This document shows positions 1 to 10,700 of a stretch of DNA of 64,000 bases, piece by piece. A program made the translations under genes and the position numbers. Positions within the stretch are counted from its first letter, which is position 1. The number at the start of each line of letters is the position of its first letter. A model generated the notes under the pieces. It searched no databases and was not told the DNA's origin. It saw only the letters and a program-made list of their open reading frames with translations. The stretch comes from Octopus sinensis (taxonomy: Eukaryota). The stretch lies in the NCBI RefSeq assembly GCF_006345805.1, contig NC_042998.1, positions 170,500,001-170,564,000 on the forward strand. The letters run 5' to 3'.

Positions 1-299
1 TCGACCCCAGGACTTATTTTTGTAAGCCTAGTACTTATTCTATCGGTCTCCTTTGCCGAACCACTAAGTTACGGGGACGTAAACACACCAGCATCGGTTG
101 TCAAGCGACGTTGGTGGGGGGGGGGGCAAACACAGACACACACACATACATATATACAACAGGCTTCTTTCAGTTTCCGTCTACCAAATCCACTCACAAG
201 GCTTTGGTCGGCCCCTATAGTAGAAGACACTTGCCCAAGGTTCCACGCAGTGTGACTGAACCCGGTTCGTAAGTAAGCTACTTACCACACAGCCACTCC

Positions 300-302
<3 letters not shown>
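1..302 (-). mobile_element. tRNA-derived SINE (same family as 45177-45590), truncated by window edge
   Basis: Reverse complement matches 45177-45590 (gtaggagtggctgtgtggtaagtagcttacttacgaaccgggttcagtc...cttgggcaagtgtcttctactatag). Confidence 0.85.
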
Positions 303-378
<76 letters not shown>

Positions 379-420
379 TGTGTGTTTGTGTGTGTAAGTT
401 TGTATGTATGTGTGCGTGTG
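303..420. repeat. (TA)n(TG)n compound microsatellite
   Basis: Directly visible. Confidence 0.95.
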
Positions 421-509
421 AGAGAGAAAGTCGTGCATTGATGTGGAAGATTGTGACGACATACATATTTAAAAAAATTTTTCCTCATATCTATTTCGAG
501 TGCGTACTT

Positions 510-882
510 GACTGAGAGAGAGAGAGAATAATAGCGTAACGCATTTCTCTCTCTCTATCTCTCTCTCACACACCTTCTCTCTCGAAGTTATTTATAGAGA
601 AGTGAACTTTCCCACTTTCACAAAAATAGTGTTTACGTATGTATATAAACAGGTAAGAAGTTTCCTGTTTCATTCACTCAAAAGCTTGTGTAAGCAGCCG
701 GTACTCCGAAACTTCAGCATACTCTCGGACAAGTCTACTACTGTTTCTATATACCTCATAGTTTTGTGCAGTTTGTGAAAATTACAGTTGTTGCTTTCTT
801 TCGTCTAAAATTTGTAAGAATTTTCTCTTGTGATTCTTATTTTCCTTTGTAATATTGTTTGCATAATGTAACCGGTTCATAT
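510..882 (+). mobile_element. Dispersed repeat, same family as 28020-28310 and 29160-29460 (unclassified, possibly Helitron-related)
   Basis: Shared block aacaggtaaga..gtgtaagcaaccggtactccgaaacttc..ggacaagtctactactgtttctat..gtaaccggttca in three places. Confidence 0.75.
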
Positions 883-894
883 AGATTCTTTTGG

Positions 895-1090
895 CATTAT
901 CATGTATCGACCAGACTATCGGGTGTTGTTATACTTAACAATGGACTCTTCCACTTTTACCCAAATAGTTTTGCTAAATCATCTTCACATCGTTGGAGAA
1001 GTGTTCCAAGTGGCCGTTTCCGATCACTTGGATACCATTCGGCAACTGCACGGATCCACCTTGCGACATGCCCGGCCCTGCAGAACTTGT
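895..1090 (-). mobile_element. RTE-clade LINE 3' fragment
   Basis: Minus frame reads RAGHVARWIRAVAEWYPSDRKRPLGTLLQRCEDDL, like the RTE C-terminal GHVAR..W.P...RP.G...RW.DD motif. Confidence 0.65.
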
Positions 1091-1133
1091 GTATTGTGCG
1101 ATCACGTCGGTCTCACCCCTCCGTTCGTTAAGG

Positions 1134-1229
1134 CAGTGCTACTCAAAGTGGTAGTCCGCGGACCGGTACCGGTCCGCGAGCCATCAATTGCGGATACTCG
1201 GCGAGTTTACAGAAAAGAAGCATTATAAA
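1134..1229 (+). mobile_element. hAT-Charlie (MER5/MER1-like) terminal fragment
   Basis: Begins CAGTGCTACTCAAAGTG followed by the 22-bp palindrome CGCGGACCGGTACCGGTCCGCG (1157-1178), as in Charlie-type MITE ends. Confidence 0.65.
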
Positions 1230-1269
1230 ATGGATGGACAGTCACCCCACTCCACCCCACTCCACCCCA

Positions 1270-1600
1270 CTAAACTGACCTTTCCGATTTTTTTTTTTTT
1301 GTCACCTGATTCCTATGTTTCCGATGACGGAGATTCCGAACATGCAAAAAACCACATTTTCAAAATTTTTAATCCCCCCCCCACCACCAAATTTTTAATT
1401 TTTAACATTGTTGAAAATTTCCTTTTCAATCTACATAGAAAAACTACGGAGATTAAGAATATGGGGTGGGGGAATTTAATTTCAAATTTTTTTAATGAAA
1501 AACTCCACACCTCATCCAGCTGTCTAAAAGTGAAAATGAACGGCTTGTTTAATCCGTTTCCGCATGCGTAGATTTATAGGGAAACAGCAACAGGACCATG
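1270..1600 (+). mobile_element. Internal part of a non-autonomous Helitron-like repeat; inverted relative at 36420-36945
   Basis: Reverse-complement similarity to 36590-36770 (gattcctatgttt..gatgacggagattc..ttttcaaaattt). Confidence 0.6.
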
Positions 1601-2294
1601 GCATGTGAAGCCCTCACCACGAAACTCGATATGCTAAAAATAACAGCTAAATGTCTGGAGAATTTTTGTGTTTGTGTGTCAGCTTATCCAAAATGAACAG
1701 AGAAAGAAATACACAGAAATATATTTTACATACCTGTTGTATACGTCGGTTTGGGTTTTTTCACTTTAAATTTAAATCCATTTTCCTGAAAGTTATGAGG
1801 GAAAAATTGGATCTTGTAAATTTTCCGAAAGTCCTCTACCCACCCAACCCCCAGCCCCTGGCACGCAATTTTTTTGTCATGTTCGCTCTCTACACACTTT
1901 TTTTAAACCTAATAGGCTGGGGGGGGGGGGGGGTCCGTTAATAGGTCTTAAGTTTTATAATGACCAATTTTCCAAAACTCCCCTTCCACCCCATCTGAAA
2001 ATTATTCTCACACAAAATTCTGATATAATCATAGTCTGCACCATCTGAAGTGAATTTGTAGAAAATTTCATTTAAAAATATCTGTTTTTCAGAAAGTTAT
2101 TAGGAAACAAATTTAGAGGTCACACTTCTGTAACTATGTTTCAAAATATATTTTTGAAGTATAGGGAACGATTTGATCAACTAAAACTTTTTAAGCCTTG
2201 CCCCAGCATGGTCACTAGCCAACGACGGCTACAAGTAAAAACAAAAATAAAAGAATTTCATCTCAATAATGTCATCTGATATACATTGTGCTTT

Positions 2295-2332
<38 letters not shown>

Positions 2333-2589
2333 ATAGGATGATCATATATGGATGTCATTCCTTATTGGTCTACAGAACCAATGTTAACCTGAGACTAAAT
2401 AACAAAAACACGAAGAGAAATGCATGTGCGAGCATTTGTATGCATACAGCTGTTGCTAAAAATGCTAGAAATACCTATATATATATATCTCATCAGTACA
2501 AATTTCATAGTGTAATGATGTAATTCTTGAAATGAAAGTGAGTGTATGTATGTATATGTCATTTCATCATGTTGAACCTTTAATCCCTA

Positions 2590-2945
2590 CATATTCTTTT
2601 TCTCGCTCAATTTTTTTTTCCATTCTCACCTCATTTATTTCCTCTCAGCTCTTTCTGACAAAGAGTGTAGGCTTGAAATATCAAAGACTTTTCCCTTCTT
2701 CCCAGCATCAAACAAATACACCTGATTGTGGTTCCCTCACCTGTCTTCATCTTTTGTTTCCTGTAAATTTGAAATACATATTATGTACACTCACGTGGTC
2801 ACCCCAGTTTGATCCTGCCTCAATGAACTTCATCCTGTCTGTGACTTCCATCTCTCATACCGTATTCCCGATCTTTCAGTACCTCAACTGATCCACCACT
2901 CCACCCAGATTACCACTAGATCTTCATACTCTTTCAGAGCGTACC
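2590..2945 (+). mobile_element. Penelope-like terminal-repeat fragment carrying a decayed hammerhead
   Basis: Homologous to 61190-61290 and 61790-61915; hammerhead motif at 2650-2687. Confidence 0.55.
2650..2687 (+). ncRNA. Minimal type-I hammerhead ribozyme motif, family A, CpG-decayed
   Basis: TCTTT-CTGACAA-A-GAGT-GTAG-GCTT-GAAAT-ATC-AAAGA; all departures from the family consensus are CpG-type transitions. Confidence 0.6.
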
Positions 2946-3818
2946 ACTATAGATCATATTAGATACTTTTGTTAATGTGGGTGTATAAATATATATATAT
3001 ATATTTTTTTTTTTTTTGAAATTTTGGTTAATGACACGGTTTTCAAGAGTTAAGTAAACTTTTTTATTTAAGAAATTTTATTGTATTCTATATAACTATT
3101 GATTGTTAAATCTGAATCTATAATTATTTTAGTTGTTAATGATAATTTAGATATGTATATTTATTTAATTATTAGTATATAATTATTATAACTGTACGTA
3201 AATTTTAAGATATTAGTCACTGTGATATATAGATCATAAAATAGTCATACGTTTTTTAAGATAGGTTATACGCTTTTAATTTGATTTTTAATTTTTAAAT
3301 TGTATTTCATAAGTATATTCTATAAATATTTATAATATTTATGTAAGTAATAATGGACTAATTTATTTATTTTTGGTTATATGTCTATATATTTATTGAC
3401 AGAGAAAATTTTAGATTTTTAATTACTATATTTGTTGATTATAATTTAGATACTTATTTTTATGTATTTATTATTTTATAATTATTAGATGTGAACTTAA
3501 ATCTAAAAATATTAATAGTGATTATTTTGTTAAATAATTTGGTAATTTGGAGTATAACTGAGTTAAAGATATTCGAGAGTTTATTGTTTTTATTTAAGCC
3601 AAATTATATCTTCAAAGATAAATACATATTTCTATTTATTTTTTTACCTTAAAAATTCTATATTTGACATAATAAATGTGTTGTAGGAAATAATCCTAAT
3701 GTTTTAAGTTTCTAATTTAGTTAATGGAGTTTTTTTCTAAAAGAAAAATTATTATATTATTTATTTCTTAAATAAATATTGTTTAACTCTATTTGCTTAT
3801 TTATTTAACTATTATCAT

Positions 3819-3903
3819 TAACCTGAAGATTGACTATAATTTTAAATCGAATTTATTTCAATTAAATTTAAACTTAATTGTAGCCATGAAACGTACATAG
3901 TGT
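3819..3903 (+). ncRNA. Type-I hammerhead ribozyme motif, family B, decayed
   Basis: TAAC-CTGAAGA-TTGAC-(48 nt)-GCCAT-GAAAC-GTAC-ATA-GTG; same layout as 50639-50721. Confidence 0.55.
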
Positions 3904-4782
3904 TTTTACTTATTATATTATATATTGATCATTCATTTTATACTTTTTGAGATCTAGTTATAAGTTATATGTTTTATAAAAATATATATTATTTGCTATT
4001 TATGTATTGGTTTATGTTTATCACTGTTTGAGTTGCATAATAGTGGTTTTATCTCCAATTTATATTATATATATTTATACTGTGAAATTTGATTTAATAC
4101 TAAATTGAATTTTTCCCAGAGAATGCAATCAATAAAGCCGTGGGAACGTGCATTTGTACACACAAATATATATAAATATATATAATCCGCCCATCTAGAT
4201 TTACCTCCAGCTAACCCATTTGTATGCATCATTTTTGTTCTGCTTTTCTTCTGTCAACCTGTACAACCTGTAACTGCACCTGCCATTTTTTGTCGTTTTT
4301 GTACTGCTTAAAGGCACATTTTTTTCCTGCCAAGCTTCCTATTTAAACCATGTTTGTGTTCTCCCAGTCAGCAGCCTTATTGTTACTGGCACTTTAAACT
4401 CTTCGGTTGCATATTTGTGTGAATAAAATCATAATGAAATAACTATATATTAACTGTATGATATATGAATATATTAACTGTGATTATAAAATTAATAAGC
4501 TTACATCGTTCATAAACATCTGTTTATATATTATAGTAAATTCTATATTTAAATTTCTTACACTATGTATTGTGAATAGAAGAATACACATAATAATGAT
4601 GATGATAATAATAATAATAATAATAATATTAGTAATAATTAAATATTATATGTGTACTCATGGATATGGATGTATATGTATGTTCCAGTATATATAATTA
4701 ATTGTCTATATACTTGTATGTATGTATAATTATGTCTATCTATATATATATGTACATGTATATATGTATATATATATATGTT

Positions 4783-4837
<55 letters not shown>

Positions 4838-5274
4838 TTGACTAATATAGGAACATTGAGTTGCTATTATCTATAGGCTGAAACAGATGTAAGTGATTTA
4901 ATAATTTATATTCATGTTTTTTAATAACTGCTTGTATTTTTATCTTATATGCATTGAATAATATACTCTATGTATGTATGTTATTATGGTTGTCGTTTTC
5001 ATAAATAAATAAGTTAACATTTTAATGTTCTAAAGTTGATGAACCAACTAACGTGCTTCTCCATTTTCTTATTTATATTATAAATTAATGGTAAAATATT
5101 TCTTTATCTTCACCCATTTAATACAATAAGTAAGTTTATTGCATTTAAAAACACTTGTGTATTAATAATTGGGTATTATACCAACAGTATATTGGATAAG
5201 AATTATCCCTTAGTGGGTTGGATCCACAACCCCTAACTTTCTTGGTGTTATATATGTATATATATATACATATA

Positions 5275-5741
5275 AAAGTAGTTGATAGCTTCCAAGTCAG
5301 TAGTGGGGGAGGGTGTGCTGAATGTGTAGCTGCTAGAATAAGAATAGCCTGGGCAAAGTTCAGAGAGCTCTTATCTCTGCTGGTGACAAAGGGCCTTTCA
5401 CTCAGAGTAAAAGGTAGACTGTATGACGCATGTGTACAAACAGTCATGCTACATGACAGTGAAACATGGGCCTTGGCTGTTGTGGACATGCGTAAGCTTG
5501 CAAGGAATGAAGCCAGTATGCTCTGATGGATGTGTAATGTCAGTGTGCATACACAACGGAGTGTAAGTACCTTGAGAGAAATGTTGAACCTAAGAAGCAT
5601 CAGATGTGGTGTGCAAGAGAGACGACTGCACAGGTATGGTCATGTGGCAAGAATGGATGAGAATAGATGTGTAAAAAAGTGCCACACTGAAGCGGTTGAG
5701 GGAACCTGTGGAAGAGGTAGACCCAGGAAGACATGGGATGA
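5275..5741 (+). mobile_element. RTE-clade LINE fragment (RT C-terminal region)
   Basis: RIRIAWAKFRELL..LVTKGLSLRVKGRLYDACV..SETW..GRGRPRKTWD; homologous to 26180-26670. Confidence 0.9.
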
Positions 5742-6410
5742 TATTATGTGTGGAGTTTTGTCTTGGCTAGCTAAGGATGTAGCATATTTCTTTTCCAGAA
5801 TCCTGAAGAGGATCTGTCATTGGAGAGGCACTGCTAGAACATGTTACCAGAACATTCAATGCATCTCTGTGTGCAGGTGTTGGCAATGCTGCTACTGCCA
5901 TTGTTGGTGGTGGTGTTGGGTCGTTGAAGCTGGTGTTGGTGCTGGCACCTGTGCTATGAATGCTGGCATAGAGGACATCATCAGTGGTGGTGTTGTTGTT
6001 GATGTTATGGTCATCATCATAGGTGTTAAAATGTGCATAGCCAAATGGATGACGAAATTAAAGGACTTCCTCAACCTGGGAAACATCCTTAACTCCAAGA
6101 CGGAGGTCTTTGGATCCTGCTTACGCTTCAGGAAATTCCTGCTAGTGTCCTGGGATACACGCGCTAACAGAGGAATGGTCGACCAAAGACAATCCTCTGA
6201 TTTTTGACTAGTGAAGTCTTTTCCTCCTCCATTTTCTACAGAAGCCATTTGCTGGAGTTCACTTGCTAGGGGGGCCATAGGCCTACAAGTTTAGGGTCCG
6301 AAGAAACTTTGTAAAGCTAAATGCTTTATGGATGTGAAACCCAGACTAACCCCATATCTATATCTATATCTATCTTCTTTCTCTCTCTCTCTCATAAATA
6401 CACACACACA

Positions 6411-6441
<31 letters not shown>

Positions 6442-6778
6442 TCTATATATATATGTGTGTGTGTGTAGACAGAAAAGCTAATGGAAGGTAGGCATTAATG
6501 GAATAAGCTGTTCTGTTTACCAACTTGTATCAACATGATGCAATGGTGGTTAAACTCACCAAGAGGACAACAGAAAAGGAAGTAAAAATATTTAATCACA
6601 TAAGCCTTAATACTTTCAACTTGATTATTCTTGTAAATTATTTATACATTTTCTTTATACATCTCTTTTCATCTTGTTGTTTATACAATTTCATGCAGAA
6701 AAAAAATTCATATATTTTTTTTATATTTTCGTCTTTTCAGTCATATAACTAATAATCAATAATACTGACAGAAAATAA

Positions 6779-7757
6779 ATGGAAAATCTGATGACACCTT
6801 CAGGGGACCTATGTTATGAAATAGAAAGATTGTTGACATTCTCTGAAAATATTCATCCAACGCTAACAGCTACAGAGCTTGCTGCAAATGGTTTTTATTA
6901 TGATAGCACAGAAGGAAAAATACTGTGCTTTATCTGTGGATCTGTACTGGAATTTTCAGATTCCACTTTTAAACATAAATATTCATGTGAACATAAAGTT
7001 GACAATTGTCCAGTTTATTTACATAATGATACAGATATTGAAAATGCTGCAGCTTTTAATGTCCAAAACACTGAACAAGAAAATGAGATTGTAGTGACAA
7101 CTAGTACTGAAAATATTATTCCAAATGAAAATGAAATGCTTGATATGCAAAAGAGACTGGATTCCTTTGAAAATTGGAACAAAAGCGTGCCAGTAACACC
7201 CACAGGTCTTGCCAAGAATGGATTTTATTACCTAGGTTATGGTGATGCTGTTAAATGTGCATACTGCTCTATCCAACTGCGCAACTGGAAAGAAAATGAT
7301 GATGTCCATAAAGAACATAGAAATTTCAGTCCAAAATGTCCAAATTTAGAATCTTCTATGAAAATGGATTTCAAATATGAACTGAATCGGCTAAAAAGTT
7401 TTGCCAAAGCTTTCTCAACACCTCTCCCATTAAAAGCTAAAGATTTGGCAGCTAATGGATTCTACTACAAAGAGCCTACTGATAATGCCTGTTGTGTTTT
7501 TTGCAAATGTGAAATCAACGATTGGAAAGCTAATGATGATATTAAAGAAAAACATAGGTCAATTTCTCCGAACTGCCCTTTCTTGTGTGAGAAATTGGTA
7601 GGTAACGTACCAATACCAAATCAGAGTAATAAATTTTACTCTCCAGTACATCCACATTTTACCTCATTAAGTGAACGCCTTAAAACATTTTCTTCATGGC
7701 CAAAGAATAAAAACCAAAAACCTGAATCTTTAGCAGATGCTGGATTCTTTCATAATG
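6779..7757 (+). CDS. IAP: IAP copy 1 first coding exon: degenerate BIR1, BIR2, BIR3 and first half of BIR4
   Basis: ATG at 6779 after acceptor tttcag (6740); motifs CAYC..H..C and CVFC..H..C; donor G|GTAAAT at 7758 (phase 1). Confidence 0.95.
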
Positions 7758-10700
7758 GTAAATACATACAATATTTATTTATATATCTTTGGTTACACTC
7801 TTTAGTATTATTTCCAATTTTCATGCCTGCATATATAGCATGGTTTTGAAAATTGGTTCTTTACATATTGTTAGATACAGCTGGGTAAACTAAGGTAAGC
7901 AAAGAAAATATGCCCTAACTCTACTTTTCAAGGGCCCAATATAATGACTAAGAAATTTTGAGCTTATAATCAGATTATCAACTTTACCATTACACCTAGC
8001 TTGCCTCTGAAAATTTAAAATTACCTTTTATTTTGTAAATAGAAACATTATTATTTCTAAATCTCTCAACGAGAGACATTCATTAACAGTACTCTAAAGT
8101 AAAGATTATTTGCCAACATATTGTGGCAGCCCTGGTTGGGACGAATGTTACTGTTATTTAGCCCCAGGAAACATCGTCTCCTATATGACACACTATCTGT
8201 GTCCTTATATTTTCAAACAGGGGAGTTTAGCATCCCGTTATTTAGAAAATTTTAGAAAATTTAACAAAACATTAATAGTAAAGATAAATAAGAAAGCATG
8301 ATACAGAGTAATCATCTTTGAGTTTATTAATATTGTGTTTTTGATTGTTAGAATTTCTATTTTCTGGTGCCATATTTATTCATCAAACAAGAAAGAAACA
8401 CAGTTTGCTTTGAAAAGAATTTAAAAGAAAGAAAGTGTCAATGATACAGATTGATGTATTCTGTGAAAAATAAGAGAAACACTATGTTAGTAATCTGTAC
8501 AACGCTTGTTAGTTCACCATTACTTTCCTTTTGGTTTATTGTCTTAAAGAAAATAATTAAGAAGTTTAAATTCGTTCAGCAGTCCTTTACACAAAATTGC
8601 AATAACTGTTCTGTTGTTAAAAATGCTAAGTACATACTACATTTGATCTTTAGTTAATGGCAGAATCAGCAGAGAACTAGGCTGTAGTTAGGTCTCTTTA
8701 CATTCTGAATTCTTGCATAATCATACTGAATTTTTCAATTCCTAATTTAATCTTTCAGACTTGTGTTATAATTATTCTCTTTCATTTTCTATTGGTCTGC
8801 AGGAAAAGCTGATACAGTAATTTGTTTTAGCTGTGATGGTGGCTTATGTAATTGGGAGGATGATGACAATCCATGGGAAGAACATATTCGGTGGTTTCCA
8901 AGATGTACTTTTGTACAGAAAGAATCAAGTTACACCAGAAAAGAAAAAGTAAAAATCCTTTATTAGTTGCTAGACTAATCTTACTGTTTGAAATGTATTG
9001 CCACGCGTGTTAATTCTCACATGTATTTCACGAGTTAAAGTAACAATTCATAAGTTACACCAGAATTTAGAGAACAAGCAATCTGAAGAAAAAAAAATAC
9101 TATTGGTCACCAGTTTTCTAAATGTCTGAAATATTAATAAGATTGTCTCTAAATGCAACCACTCCATTGATAGGATGAGCTAACTCACATGTTATTTGGC
9201 CTACTAACTCAGAAGATATGAAACATAAAATGTATGCATGCATGCATACATACATACATGCATGCATGCATGCATGCATGCATACATACATACATACATA
9301 CATACATACATACATACATACATACATACATACATACATACAAACAAACAAACAAACAAACAAACAAACAAACAAACAAACAAACAAACAAACAAACAAA
9401 CAAACAAACAAACAAACAAACAAACAAACAAACAAACAAACAAGTTCAGTAAAATTTAGATTCAGATGAATACAGTACTTAAGTTAAAGGCACCAGAGTT
9501 TAGTATGGTTATTATCCATATAATTCAAAATGGGGTGATTATAATCAAAATAAGCAACAAGGATATCCAGAGGTAATGCAGTACGATCGTTTCATGTGAC
9601 TCCATTTAATTGAACAATGCAAACATTACATCAATTTAAAATGTAGAGCAATCTTCAGCTGCATAAAAATATAGAATTTAGTTAAATTCGAAGGATTCAT
9701 TTGTATAATTTTCTTTTTAACCAAAATCACGAAGAAGATAAGTAGATAGACAAAGAACATGTTTTATCAACAATATCACAGTTGTAACTGAGATTTTTTC
9801 AAAAGAAGATACTGCTTATCATTGATTATATTTGTTATTCAGATTTACTAGGGGTTGGGTTTAGTTTTAATTTATAGACTAGTTTATCAAATCTATTAGA
9901 AACTAGAATCTATCCTTTACGGATAGGGTAAAATAGATAGACAATTTAAGTGCCTTATTCATCATCACTAGCAACAATAAATTAATCATAGAGAGAATGA
10001 GAAAGAGAATTAGAAAATTTTTCAAAAACTTTAAGTTAAGTATTACTTATGAATATAACACGAAGGTAGTTAATTTTTTAGATACTAATTTTTAAATTTA
10101 AACTCGAAATTATATTACCCATATAGGAAAGATGGTGAAATTACAAGATATGTGAATAAATTATCAAATCACCCCATAAATATATTAAAATCAATTAACC
10201 TATCATTTAAATCTAACATTAATAGTAGATTACACTCCGAAAATAGTAGGCAAGACACAAAAATTATGATGATGATGATGATAATAGCGTATAAATTTGT
10301 TGACATTGCATTCTTCTCTTAAAGGTGATGGATGCTACTTTACAAGTTCAAACAGAGTCTTTTGAATCTGACACAATGGGTGGATTTAGGAATATGGAAG
10401 ATAACACAACTATATCAGATGGCCTAGCTTCAGGTAAGATAAATTGTTTGCTATTTATAAGGAAAAGTACATTGTTCAGTATCATTTTCATACAGTTCTT
10501 ACATTAAAAAAAATGTTATTTTTAACAACTTCAGAAAATCTATTCATGTCAAAATAAGGACTTATTGGAATAAATGAGTCTTAAACTCTGCTGACAACTC
10601 ATAAAATAATACAACTAAAACTTTGAAATGTAGATGATTTTTGATAATGAAAGAATTTGGACAATAAAAAACTTTAAAAAACTAGCAGCTCTAATAATTA

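Noticed and set aside
902-1228. 108-aa ORF with a CxxCxxC motif as a novel gene
   Set aside because: It is the antisense of an RTE fragment fused to a hAT-Charlie terminus.
3000-4110. Mitochondrial insertion (NUMT)
   Set aside because: AT-rich, but I found no convincing mitochondrial rRNA, tRNA or protein motif.
5892-6278. 128-aa minus-strand ORF as a host gene
   Set aside because: No recognisable domain or splice context, low-complexity end, abuts an RTE fragment; possibly LINE ORF1 debris but unsupported.
8110-8301. Conserved 63-aa ORF, identical at 39417-39608
   Set aside because: The identity reflects near-identical intron DNA, including synonymous sites and flanks; it has a TTG start and no domain.
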